From Octopus sinensis (lineage: Eukaryota), in assembly GCF_006345805.1 (NCBI RefSeq), contig NC_042999.1, forward strand, positions 101,494,001 to 101,558,000: a stretch of 64,000 bases of DNA. Reading direction: 5' to 3'. The stretch's first letter is position 1, and every line of letters starts with the position of its first letter. Position numbers and translations under genes: made by a program. Positions 26,781-39,870 of the stretch are shown piece after piece. A model generated the notes under the pieces. It saw nothing but the letters and a program-made list of their open reading frames with translations. It ran no database searches and had not been told where the DNA came from.

Positions 26781-27040
26781 ATATATATATATGTGTGTGT
26801 GTGTATGTATGTATGTATGTATGTATGTATGTATGTATGTATGTATGTATGTATGTATGTATGTATGTATGTATGTATGTATGTATGTGTACGACAGACT
26901 TCTTTCAGTTTCCATCTACCAAATCCATTCACAAGGTTTTGAAAGCTACAATGCAAAGAAGTACACTGTGACTAGCAATGTATAAAGGGAAATAACTCTT
27001 CCGTTTTTAGCACGAAAGTTCATATAAATATATTACTTAC

Positions 27041-27165
27041 GTTCCCACCCAACTCATCTCTTTCTTTCGTCCATTTGGTATCGGTAAAATAAGTAACAAT
27101 ACATCCTTCATTGTCCACTGTCCTAACAATAGAAATAATAATGCCAAACATTTGCTGAAACCCAT
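27041..27165 (-). CDS. Candidate first coding exon of an unidentified secreted or membrane protein
   Basis: MGFSKCLALLFLLLGQWTMKDVLLLILPIPNGRKKEMSWVG with a hydrophobic N-terminus, ending at a perfect GTAAGT donor in non-repetitive, CpG-containing sequence. Confidence 0.4.
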
Positions 27166-28647
27166 AAGTTTTAAGAGAAAAAATAATTCATGCCTGCATA
27201 CACACACACAAAGACACATAAGTGCATACACAAACACACATGCTCGCTGACATAAATGAATGCAACACCAATAACGGACTAAGTCAACATTCATTGACAA
27301 GAATGCAAAAGACAACGAAAGTTTTGGAAGAAAAAATATAAATAATAAATTAATAGAAATCGAACCGGTGAGTGTGTTAGATGATAAGACATTTAGACAA
27401 TATGACTCTCCCCTGACACAATATAATTCATTGTTTATACCACTTCTCCGAATTTTATTTGCGCAGAAATTAAATTAAAAGGAAACTAGTACGTTAAAAA
27501 AATCTCTGTTCGAAATAGAAGCAGTATACGAATCAAAAAGTATTGCTTAAAGTGGTCAAAAGCAATATTTTAAATTACAACATCGCAGAAGTATCCACAC
27601 CTCCTCCAACTGTTGCACGCGTAGCACCGCCGAAGAAACTTGCAAGATGTTGTTCTTGTTCTTATCCTTCTACTTCTTCAGATTCTTTATCTTCTGTGAG
27701 CTATGAATTAGCGGTCCTCCGAGATCAACTTGTGGACAGTGCTAGATAGATAAGTACGTTATTGGTACAGATACAAATCCAGTCATACCGTAGCAAAAGC
27801 CGTTCGCGGAGTGTGGACATTCGGCGATCGCGAAGTCCAAGTCCAGGGTCCCTTTTCTGAACCCTATTTCCTTAAGCCCTTCTTGTTCAAACAGGTACGA
27901 TGCTCTTTTGCGCAAGTATCCTGAAGTATAACAATATCATTCAGTCACTCTGTATATATAAAACAAAGGATGTCTATGTGTGTTTGTATGTATGTGTAAT
28001 ATGTATGCATTTCTACAGTTTTCTACCAATTTTTACCAAACTTTACACACATATTACCTATGTGCCAAAGATGGTCATGCGTTATATAACTTTTTGCCCA
28101 GAGCTCCCGCGTAAAGCGAGAAATCGGGGGAAAGGGTGTTTTACACGGGTTTTTCTCTAAAAACTGCAAGTTCCAACCGATTCTCTCTCTTTCTCATTCT
28201 CTGTTTCTCTTGCTTACATATATTCTCTCCCACCCTCTGTAATAGTTCCTCTCTATTAGTCAGTATTCTTTCCTGCCTTTATTTTTTCTTTCTTTCCTTC
28301 CTTCCTTTCTGCCTTCTTTCTTTCCTTCCTTCCTTCCTTCCATCCTTCTTTCCTTCTCCCTCCCTCTTTCTTTCCATCCTTTCTTTCTCCCTCCCTTTCT
28401 CTCTTTCTTTCTTTGTGTTCGACTAAAGGCGGTGCTCCAGCATCTCCACAGTCAAATGACTGAAACAAGTAAAAGAATAAAAAACTATGCCATTTTAATC
28501 CCTAACAAATAACTCTTTATTTTCGTACCATGCGTTGCAAGTAACATGTAAATGTTGATTTGACCAAGTGCAAAGTACTCACAATATTCTGGTTAGAATA
28601 AGGTAGTTATGTAAAGGCTGCCGCAGTAAAAACATACTTGAAATATA

Positions 28648-29876
28648 GGATCTTTTCCTTTTGATAGCCAGATTTCAACACAATTTCTAGTTAACTAAAC
28701 ACTTTAAAACTTCGTATACTGGTAGAATGTGTCAAAAGAAAACATTATTTTCAATTTGATAAATTTGTAATTCGTTTGTTTAACGTAGTTTAATTTTTCG
28801 AATTTTAACCAATCCTATGCTCTCTTTTGAGCTGAAATCATTTGCTGCGTCTAAAAACTGAGACAACATCCGTTTTGTTCGTAATGTAGCGTTCGTGAGT
28901 TCGATATCAGGCTAACCTACTGGCACCACGGTGGAATTTTTTTCTTTACGATTATTAGTAATTTTTTTCTTTACGATTATTAGTAATTTTTTTCTTTACG
29001 ATTATTAGTAAATTCACGTTTATTTATCAATATCGATAACGAATTACTGCCGTTGCTTAGACCGGCGCCAGTACGTAACTGGTACTTAATTTATCCCTAA
29101 CTCTAACCCTAACCCTAAACCTAACCCCTAACCCTAAACCTAACCAAAGCTAGCGACCGATGCCGGAAGGCTGTCACGAAATAGGGTTAGGGGTTAGGTT
29201 TAGGGTTAGGGATAAATTAAGTACCAGTACGCACGCACGCACTGGTGTCGATAGAGCCCCTTGCCGGAACAAATTTACACAAAAGGTAAATAAACCAGAA
29301 ATGGGGGATCAATGTTTCATCGTTTCGGGGTCGATAAATTAAGTACCAATTACGCACTGGTGTCGAGGATTTTTTTCCCAATTTATATCACAGCCTCCTA
29401 CAAGCTGGGGCATCCTTTTATGAAAAAATATTTCGCAAATTTTTACAATACGACCCACACTTCACGCACCCTCATATCCCACTCTAGACCGATTTAGGCA
29501 TATTATTGTTTTGTTTTTGTTGTATTTGGCCCTTCAAAACCATGGGAGAAGCCTTTTTGGTAAAAAAAAAATAAAGAAAATATTTTTAAAATATCGTTAA
29601 TATTTTTATTGGGCGACGAAATTCATGCCAACACAACTCTCCTCGTTTGTTTATCAATATCGATAACGCAGCAAATGATTTCAGCTCAAAAGAGAGCATA
29701 GGATTGATTAAAATTCGAAAAATTAAACTATGTTAAACAAACGAATTACACATTTATCAAAAAAGCCAAGTGAAAATAATGTTTTCTTTTGACACATTCT
29801 ACCAGTATACGAAGTTTTAAAGTGTTTAGTTAACTAGAAATTGTGTTGAAATCTGGCTATCAAAAGGAAAAGATCC
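28648..29876. mobile_element. Non-autonomous long-TIR DNA transposon (MULE- or Merlin-like) with internal telomeric repeats
   Basis: TIRs of about 205 bp (28648-28850 and 29666-29876), GGATC...GATCC termini, perfect 8-bp TSD GAAATATA at 28640-28647 and 29877-29884. Confidence 0.88.
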
Positions 29877-30012
29877 GAAATATAAAACAAATAACGTAGG
29901 TTTGCTAAGCTCTGGTTCTCGAAGTGACTTTTCACTAACCAGCTAGCTTATCAACTGAGACTTGGTCAAAGCATTTCAATTCAGCTTCGTGCTCTTTGGC
30001 ATCCTGGCAGTC

Positions 30013-30043
<31 letters not shown>

Positions 30044-31262
30044 GTGTGTGTGTGTGAACGAGAGAGAGAGCGCGCACAATCACATGGCCACCGGAATATA
30101 TAGGTGTGCATTGTCATGCCACCTAGTGGGACCTGTAGATTGGATGTTGACATAAGAATTCGGTTCTCCGCAGAAACTACAAAAGGGGCGAAATTCAGCT
30201 GATATCTACGGTGAGCTACTACAGTCTTATCCTTTGCCCTATATTTAAGAATCGTCCAGTCACACACTCTGTGACCTACCATATTGTTTGTTACTGACGG
30301 ACCACCGGTTCTTTTTTAAACCATATCGACTTGCTTTTGATCGCGCGAAGACTGTGTTGGCTGAGTTTGAGTACATACTGGAACAAAGCATTGTCCATCC
30401 AGCAGCAATTGGACCTCACCCCTTCATATGGTCCCAAAAAATCTTTCGGTGAGTTGCAGTCCTGTGGTGATAATGGCCCGTTGAATGCTCGAACGAGGCC
30501 TAATAAATGCCTTGTTCCTCATTTACAAGACTTTTCTTCCGCTCTACATGGTGCTAGGGTGTTTTTAAAGATTGATCTTGTTTGGGCATTCAATCAGATA
30601 CCTATCGAGACGGATGATATTTCGAAGACAGCTATCACTACTCCCTTCGGGTTTTTCGAAATCCTCAAAATGCCATTTGGTTTGCGCAACACTTCAACTT
30701 TCCAACGTTTCATCGATACTGTAATCCAAGGTTTACTCTATATCTATGTGTATATTGATGACATGCCCGTTGCCAGTGCAAACGAAGACAAGCACGAAAA
30801 ACATCTGCAGTTACTTTTCAATCATCTTTCTCACTACGGCGTAGTTATGAATCCCAATAAATGTCTTTTCGGGGATTCTTCTTTATTCTTTCTGGGCAAC
30901 CGTATTGATGAAAAAGGTATTCCCCCTGTCGATGAGAACTTTAAATCAGTTTTATATTTTCCTTGAGAAAGCTGAGAGGTTTATTGACCTGATCAATATT
31001 TTATCGTCGATTTATTCCTCTTTGTGTAGAACTTATACAACCCCCCACGGATGTTCTTCGGCATCGCACGAAAAATACCCCAGCATATCACTTTAGATGA
31101 TAATCTGCAGCCTTTAATGAAATTAAGAATACCTTAGCTGACGCCATCATGTTGGTTCATCTGAAGTCTGGTGCACCAGTCTGTTAGTTGATGCATCAGA
31201 TACTGGTGTTGGTGGCGTTCTTCAACAGAATGTAAATGGAACTTGGCAACCATTTTCTTTTT

Positions 31263-31533
31263 CCATAGTCTTTTCTTACCTTGTGAAAGGTAAGAGAGTC
31301 CAGTTTGCTGGACATTGTTGTAGAGCTGAAAAAGAGGTAATTTTTACTCTTCTCCTCTGGAAGCCATCTACTCGCAATACCAGAGGGCGCACACTCTCCT
31401 ACCCTGATGTAATCTCCAGGGATACAGGCATCCAGCAACAGGACCTCCGTAATGCCATGACGGACCGTGAAGTCTGGCGTAGCATGGTAAATTCCATGGT
31501 CTCGACCACGGTCGAACAATGATGATGATGATG
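31263..31533 (+). mobile_element. 5'-truncated non-LTR retrotransposon 3' end (RTE-like) inserted in the Gypsy RNase H
   Basis: QFAGHCCR...LLLWKP...RDTG...DREVWRSMV* followed by a (TGA)n tail. 11-bp TSD ATTTTCTTTTT at 31252-31262 and 31534-31544; removing it restores WQPFSFFAK. Confidence 0.85.
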
Positions 31534-34500
31534 ATTTTCTTTTTTGCCAAGCAATTCAAAGCGGCTGAGACGAAAATTGTTAGCAGCGTACCTTAGTATT
31601 AAATACTTCCGGCGCATGCTGGAGGGTTGTGTGTTTTCTATCATAAGCCTCTAACATATGCTCTGCGTTCCAATCCCGATCGTCACTCACCAAGGGAAAT
31701 TTGGCATCTTGATTTTGTATCACAATACACCACGGATATTTAGCTCGGATAATTCTTCTTCTACCCTATTCTCCTGGTAATATTTGGTGTGACATTTCTA
31801 CGGAGCACGAATGCTTCTATATTCCAAAGAAGTATAGGTATTTGGGTTTTTTCTGCTCTTCACAATTTATCACATCCTAGAGTAAATTCCACTCTGAAGT
31901 TGATCGCTGCCCGATTTGTATGTTACTGGTATCAATAAATATACCAGAGAATCAGCCAAGAGTTGCGTCCCTTGTCAGAAAACGAAACTTCATCGTCTTG
32001 TCAAATCACCTCTGGGAATTTTCTCAATACCAGATGCACGTTTCCAACACATGCATATTGATATCATCGGACCACTTCCACCATTTCAAAATTACATACC
32101 TTTTGACCTGTGTGGATTGTTTTTATCCATGGCCTGAAGTCATCCATCTTCGAGATACCACAGCAGAAATTCCTTCTCCTCAAGGGTCTATTCCAGTCTC
32201 TGCAAACATGATACTGTTTGACTTTTTTTTTTTCAGAGCAGTGATTTACCAATCTCCAATGCATTGCCTTCACTTACATATCATTTAGCCATGGGTAACC
32301 AGCTTCTTAATTACTCTAAGTCTATCTCTATGTATGTGTGTGTGTGAAAAGTCAGTTGTCAAGTAGTGAGCCATAGATATAAACACACACACATGTACAT
32401 GTATATGATAGACATCTGCAACAGTTCCTACCTACCAAATTGACTCTTAAGACATTAGTTAGCTCAGAGCTATAGTAGAAAACATTGGCCAAAGGTGTTG
32501 CAGAGTTGGGAGCTGTTTGCATAGCAAACTTATTTAGGTTATTCATGCATATATACCTCACATATGCATAAATGAGATGTAAAACCAAATGCTGAACATT
32601 TGTATTTTTGAATGACTTATATCCATCATAGTCAGGGAAATAGCAAACAATCAGCTTCGTAAAGTAAATATACTGAATAAGCAGTGGGTTTTTCAGTCGG
32701 AGATCCTACAGTCACCACTCCACAACACTCAACTTTTGTTGATTCCTAAATCAGGAACAGGGTCATACATTTGTAGGGAAGAAATATGTTAGAACTTACT
32801 CCAGTACATTACTGATATTTATTTTATTGAAGCCTGGCTCCCAAGATCTTTATAAGTGAAAGTGTGGCCTAGTGATTAGGCATTGAGCTGCTGATCATAT
32901 TTGATTCTCAACCTTGGTGGCAGGTTGTGTCCTTGAGCAAAGCACTTAATTTCACATTGTTTCAGTCGACTCATTTAAAATTGAATACCAACCCCATTAC
33001 AGGGCTGTAACAGTCTAGCATTGCATTCATGTGAGAGACTTGTATACTCGGTTATTTAAGCATATTGCAAGCCCAGTTAAAATTCGGCATCATGAGCTGT
33101 GGGCTGAGACAGAGTAGCTTTTTACAATTTTAAAGCACTTCCCTTTCATTTTAACTTAGTGTTCTTTACAAATTTGAGCATTGGTTAATCTTAATATTTC
33201 AGTCACATAAAATATAAAACAAATACACATACATATAAGGGCCTTTTTTTTAACGAAAATATTACAACTATAATGCACCAAAACTTTTTTTAAAGATAAT
33301 TTTGGGCTATTTGTAACTATTGAGTTTCTTGAAATCAACGTGTATTTCAATTTTCAAAGCAATTTTAATGTAAGCAAAAAGAAAATAGATACATAAATAT
33401 AAAACATGATATAACAATTAGAAATGGAACCATGATGTAGGACTTAGATGTTGTTCTCCTTTGTATTATTCTTTTAACAAAATGAAAATGTTAGAAAAAT
33501 TTCAAGTAGACCTTTTTTTTATAGTCATCAAACTCTTGGCAATGGAAAATAGCAACAATGAAGGCATCAACAATATTGAAATAGTTGTCTCCTACTGGTA
33601 AGAATTCCAGAAAATTTCAATTCTTTTTCCTTTGTCCTGGTTTCATTCATTGAAATACGTTCATGCTATAACATAGCCTTTAAGGAATTTTGGTTGAATT
33701 ATGTGGAAATTATGTGAATTATGAAAAAACTATTATATTTACTTTGTTAATCAGTTCACATCGTTAAAAAATCCATAGAATTATATATAAATACATGCAC
33801 ACGTGTTAACAGGAGCTTCCAAATTTCACCTATTGGCTTATTCAACCAGATTGGTTGAATAAGTTGATAAATGAAACCTGAAATTCAAATCAACTCAAAT
33901 TTGACAATAAATTTCAATCTATTCACATACTGAGTCATCCCATAAGTAAATATTCCATTAGTATTCTTAAATTAGATTTTAAATTTAAACTTTAACACAT
34001 ATGCACACACACACTATACATTGTGTGTGTGTGTATGCATATATGAGCATACATAGAAAATGAGCTAAGCATTTAATTTCAAAAACTAAAACTTACTAGA
34101 AATTGCCCAAATCGTTCACCAGATTAAAGCAGAAAACATGAAAAAACCATGTTTTGTATTTTTTTTCCCCCCCTTTTAGTGATAAACCATCTTAATCAAT
34201 TCGTTCATATTTAAATTAAAATTTCAATAAAAATCTCACTAGATGAGATTTCAGATGGCTAACTCCAGGATTAATATGTATCAATGTATAAAGTTGCAGA
34301 TATTTTATTAAACACCTCCAAAATCTATTTTTTTACTGGAAATTTATTGAAACATTTAGACACAATCTACTAATTAGATAACAGAGGCAAACAATGTTTA
34401 CATAAAATACATGATTTCCTAACTTTAGATTCAGCAGCGCCAAGTAGATGAGAAATCAAAATATCCCCTGGGTACACAATCAGACTATCACTCTCAGAAG

Positions 34501-36072
34501 ATACATTATTTATATCTAACCAACTGAACACCTAGAAATATCAAAATGTTTATCGCAGATATGAATTTGTGATACACTAGTTGTTAATCTAATTTATTAT
34601 GTCTATGAGTTTTGCACATTTAAGATATAAAACTGACAATACCAAGTAACAATAATTTTCTTATTTAGGTACAAGGCCAACAATATTCAGAGAGAAGAAG
34701 TCAATTGATACCATCAACCCCAACACTTGACTAGTACTTTATTTTCTTTTATGAAAGGATGAAGAGCAAAGTTGGCTCCAGTGGGATTTAAACTCAGAAC
34801 ATAAAGAAGTGGGACAAAAACACAAAGTATTTTTTCAATGCTCTGATGATTTTGTCAGCTCACCACCATATTAAAGCTCAAAAATGAAAATGAACCAGAA
34901 ATTATCCAGATTAGTAATTTGTAACTATTTGTAATTAATAGTTATCCAAATTAATAACCAGGATAATTTCATTGAACCATACAAGAAATTATCAAAATTT
35001 CTACAATGGTTCAATAGTTTTTTCTTTTTCGTTTTTCAAGTTTTAAGAAAAAGAGAAAGTTCATGCAGCCTTAATCTGGTGAAGGAGTTGAATAATTTCG
35101 AGTCAGTTTTAGAACCATACTAGAAATTATCCAAATTTCTATAATGGTTCAATGAGCATCAACTCTCTGGAACTCTCTCTTCACACATGGTTCCTGCAGA
35201 TCTTTGAGGTACAGATGCCCAATCTGGACAAATAGTATTAATCTCATCAGCTACAAATGGTTTATGTAGGTTAAGGGCACTGCTCATTGCTATTGACCAA
35301 ACCATTAAAAGATGCCAAAGAGACTAATCTTGTCACTTTAAAAGAAGGGTGAAGATGACAGGCAAAGGGAGTGTGCAAATTATATGAAAGAAGGTAGGAT
35401 AATTGTCATGGGAAATCTGTCTTTAACAATAACGATTTCTAACAAAGGCAAAAGGCCACAAATTTTGGAGGAAGGAGTTCAACCTTTTAAATCAATTCTT
35501 CTGGGGTGAAGAAAATAAGTACCAGTCAAATCCTAAACTTGACTCGTACTTATTTTCTTGAATCCAGAAGGATGGAAAGCAAAGTTGACCTTGGTAGGCT
35601 TTGAACTCAGAATTTAAAGAGATGTAACTAAACATCACAAGGCATATTGTTCATTGTTCTATCAATTTTGTCAACTTACTGCACTTGTTTTTACAAGATG
35701 TGAAGCATGATTACAGAGTATTAAAAAGGCCAAAATAACCAATAAAGATAAATATGTTCATAATATAATTTTGATTATATTTAATCAAATTTCAACTTTA
35801 TTTATCATGGATACATGCTGAATTCCTGATTTAAATATTGAATTAAAAATATAATTAAACTAGTAACAAGTTATTCATAATTTCTTTTACGGTTATTTAT
35901 TGTGTGTGTGTGTGTCTGTGTACAATGATTCAGTCATATTTATGAAGATTTATAAAATTTTACAAAATAAACAAAGAGAGCAAAAGAGATTGATCAGATT
36001 GTTCAAAAGTAATTAATATCACTAGCTAAAATTGATAATGAATGTGGCGTAATATAGGGAGACAAGTCCATT

Positions 36073-36114
36073 TCACATTTGTCGCAATCGAGCTAACCGT
36101 TGGCTAAGTTCATC
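36073..36114 (-). CDS. CHMP1B: CHMP1B exon 7 (MIM1 helix and stop)
   Basis: tcacAG|GAT GAA CTT AGC CAA CGG TTA GCT CGA TTG CGA CAA ATG TGA = DELSQRLARLRQM*, the conserved VPS4-binding C-terminus. AATAAA lies on the minus strand at 35896-35901. Confidence 0.95.
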   Translation of the reverse strand, partial: DELSQRLARLRQM

Positions 36115-37619
36115 CTGTGAAAAGTAGAAAAGAAGAACATTATTCATTATGTAATTTTATGTATGTAACTAAAAACATAACCCCCTTATGGCTTCTCAGT
36201 TTCTTTAAGCCTATGTCAGGGTTTAACCTTACATTTTATACATTTGCTCTAGCAATTCACACATTTGTAATCAGTGACCATTACTTTTAAAATAACTATC
36301 TTTACCACATTTCAACTAAAAATAATTACTATATCAAACAGAAAAAGAGCAGAGCTGACTACATTGACCCCAATATATAACTGGTAATCATTTTATCTTT
36401 TCCGGTAGAATTAGCTGATAAGAGGTCCTCTATGCAGTCACTTCACCTGCTACAAGTAGTTCATTATTATCATATATTTTTCTTGCTGTTTAGCCCCAGG
36501 TCAGTCATGACTGAGCAGACTTATGACGAAAGGTGTTCCAAAACTTATTGTCCTGTCTGTGCACAGCTAAGACAACATTGTCCAGTGTGTCCTTCCTTTT
36601 TTAAAGACAATATCATATGCTGACTGCTGTTTCTAATAGTAAAGCACCTACATGGAGGCTTTCTCAATGGCTGTCTGTTTTATTAGCAACTAAAGCAGAC
36701 AGTCTGTGTAAAGTAGTCTAACATTATTTACAAATTTCTTACATAGCACAGAAAGAAAATTGATGCCAAGTTTCTGGGCTGATTTTTTTCTTTATTTTAT
36801 TATAGAAGTAGAAACGATGTGGTGAACAGTTGAGAAAATTATACTAATCAAGACTAATCTAAATATATTCAGGTATATAAAAGGAGTGTTTGTTGCAACC
36901 AGTTTCATATATATGAGTGTTATGTACACTTTAGAAAGGAGAAAAACAGTAAGCATAGGTTGTAAGAGTTGCAGTTTAGCTCCAGACCAGGTATGATTGG
37001 ATAAACTTATGATCAAAGGCATGTCAACCATAATCAACCCATTTTCTCATGGCACAGTGCATCCACGATATTTCCCAGTATCTCCCTCTTTTCTAAGAAT
37101 GTATGATAGCAAGGGAATTTGGCTGTTATTTCTAGCAGGTTGAACAATCATGTAAAGATTGTCATTGGAGTGTGTTGTAATACTATTTTGATCTGCTGTT
37201 TAGTTTTTCATATATTAAGAAAATATACCAACAATGTCATATATTTCATTAAAAAAACATGTGGCTAAAATCTTTATATTTCTAGAGATGTCAGACTTCA
37301 CACTCATTGATAATCTTTCATGATGACTAGACATTTATAAGAATTGCCTTCCAGAGTTTGCATTTCATCCTCTGAGCTATGATTTCAGCTGTAAATAGTT
37401 GATAAAATTTCATGCAAGTAGCTTTGCTAAATTTATTTATAGCAAGATACAATAGGCTTAGCAAATTCTAGAGACTGCTTGAAGTCCTTGGCTGGTGACT
37501 CCACTATCTACTTCAAAGGTACCCAATGAGAAGAAACAGGGAGAAATAGCATGGGGAACAATAAGGTGAAAAAGAATGACAAAATAAAAAATGGATGAGC
37601 TGAAATGTCTTTTACAAAC

Positions 37620-37704
37620 CTGTTCCTGTGTTGAATTTGTGGCAGCTGTGGCAGAACTGAGAGCAGAGTCTCGGGCAGAGGGAAGATTCATATTTAATTC
37701 CAAT
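37620..37704 (-). CDS. CHMP1B: CHMP1B exon 6
   Basis: Encodes (G)LELNMNLPSARDSALSSATAATNSTQEQ; ttacAG acceptor, GTTTGT donor, 85 nt, phase fits exon 5. Confidence 0.93.
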
Positions 37705-38149
37705 CTGTAACAAAAAGAAATATTTAGCACATTTAAATGCTTTCCAACTTTATCTGTGGTGCAAATTCTTTCTCTAAAAATATTTTATCATACTTTCTTT
37801 TTACATAAATGTAAACACACTTTCAAGAAATCAACAAATAATAACATCTTGCACTAAACAAAACACACAAGCATTTAGAAATGTAACAAATTACTGTCAC
37901 CTATGTCTTACAAAGAAACATTACATCTTTCACCATCCCTGCTCCAACCCTAAACAGAAAAATAGATTCAAATTGGCAACAAATACAAAAATTCCTCCTC
38001 ATGAACTTGAAGGCTTTAAATGGCATATATATCATAGACACACTTGACTAACTGAAAGTGCCATTTAAATCATTTACTCATTATCCATCACTCCTCAAAG
38101 AACCAATGAGTACAGTGATCCAGAAGGATGAATGCACAAAACTCTTAGC

Positions 38150-38942
38150 TACAAGTTAAGGTAGAAAAAGTTCAAGGAGCTACTACTTCTGGCAGCAAAG
38201 AGATTCTCTCATTCAGTGAAGAGCAGATTGTATGAAGTTTATACATTAAGAGTGATAGTGAATGACAGCAAAACACAAGTCTTGAACATGGGGAATGTTC
38301 CAAAGATAAAAAGAAATGAGGTAAGCACACTCAATATGCAATGTGAATATGCATGAACAATGGAACACAACTGAGCTGAGAGAAAAACATGGCTTAAGAG
38401 GAATCAACAGCAATGTACAAGAAAAGAGATTATAATGGTATGGACATGTGATGGCTATGAAGTATGACAGGTGAGAGAAGATATGCCAAGTGATCCAAAT
38501 GAAAGGAATCAGAGGAAAACTGAGGACAGAGAGTGAAGTGAAGGCTGAACCTTGCAGAAGAACTGTCAAAGAACAGCAACAAGTAACATGATACTCTCTC
38601 AAGACCTCTTCCAGCTACCCCCATACAAACCTTTTCTAATTCCTCATAATATTTTAAAATCTCAATGCCTTGCTTAAAGCATCCACCCACTTTCATATCC
38701 TCTTTCTCATTCAAGGGGACACTTCAGTCTTGCAAGTTGGTTTCAAGGTAATCTCATTAGTGCTGGTGCCATGAAAAAAGCACCCTGTGCATTCTGTAAA
38801 GTGGTTGGCTTAGGAAGAGCATCCAGCTATAGAAATCATGCCAAAACTGTGACACTGAAGCAAGATGTGATCCTCTAACTGGGATCTTCTCAAAACATCC
38901 AACCCATACCAGCTAAGAAAGCAAATGTAAAACAATGATGAT
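38150..38942 (+). mobile_element. Old RTE LINE 3' fragment with tail, antisense in CHMP1B intron 5
   Basis: Similarity to the ORF2 C-terminus (RL.WYGHV) followed by the GGTTGGCTTAGGAAGAGCATCCAGC tail motif and ATGATG. Confidence 0.65.
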
Positions 38943-39105
38943 TATTGCTTTCCTAAATAGACTGCCTACACTGCAGCTTATGGAGTTCACATTTTCCTCA
39001 TTTCATAAATATATATATAAGTATATATGTGGTTTGAAAGTAAGTGTGATGTTTTTATAATAGCATGAATTTAATGTTAAATAATCTGAAAGATTATATA
39101 TTTAC

Positions 39106-39257
39106 CCAGCTTCATCTGCAACCTGCATCATTAGTTGATCGACTTCATTTTGTGGTGCTGTTAAAGTTGATGTGTTGCTCATTGTACCTTCCATTACTTG
39201 AGACTGTACATCAAGGTTTTCAAATTCTTTCTCAAATCGATCCATTAATGTTGCAAC
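39106..39257 (-). CDS. CHMP1B: CHMP1B exon 5
   Basis: Encodes VATLMDRFEKEFENLDVQSQVMEGTMSNTSTLTAPQNEVDQLMMQVADEA(G); ctcacAG acceptor, GTAAAT donor, phase 2. Confidence 0.95.
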
Positions 39258-39870
39258 CTGTGAGAGTAAGCAAACAAAAAAAATAATCAAATTTTATCTA
39301 CACACACATAAACACATACATTCATACACACTATACACTCACAAAATACACATACACAATTAATTAAATCTTGCAACATATACAAATTTTATCTCTAGCA
39401 AAATCTTGAACAGAAGAGAAGAAACCTTCATGTCATATTTCCATACAAAGAAACGCAAGGCTTTAAGTTTGTGCTCTTTAGCATAAAGACATAGTTGAAA
39501 ATGGCTACCAAGGTCACTGTATGATTTTATTTTTGCAAGACTAATCCTTCCTTTATCATGAATCTGTTTTCTCTTCTTAGGTATTCTTAGGAATATCTAA
39601 TGAATGTGTGTGCCATGTATAACATACTTTAAAGAGATTCTCGGTTAACCTAATGTATGTTTTTACTCTAAAATCTACCAAACTTTACATTTGCTCTGTA
39701 ATGGTCGTGTGCAACAACGGATTCCCTGTTAAATTTATTTTGCATATGCATTCATCAGATGAACTCCTTCCTTATAAATATAGCTTCCATATTGGTACTG
39801 AGATTCAAAAACATTTTTTGCATAACTATCCAATTTTCAAACACACAAAACTCTGTAAATAATAAATTAC

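Larger units (their letters stand above)
27540..32170 (+). mobile_element. Degenerate Ty3/Gypsy LTR-retrotransposon internal region, interrupted by nested insertions
   Basis: RS-rich gag-like stretch near 27800; PVTHSVTYHI..GPPV near 30250; RT (KIDL..AFNQI, TPFG, MPFGLRN, YIDD) at 30331-30966; RNase H DASDTGVGGVLQQ near 31190; integrase HHCC and HIDIIGPLP at 31860-32170. Confidence 0.85.

Noticed and set aside
29095-29211. Chromosome fusion site or true telomere
   Set aside because: The tracts are short and degenerate, have CCCTAA...TTAGGG polarity (a fusion gives the opposite), and sit inside a TSD-flanked transposon.
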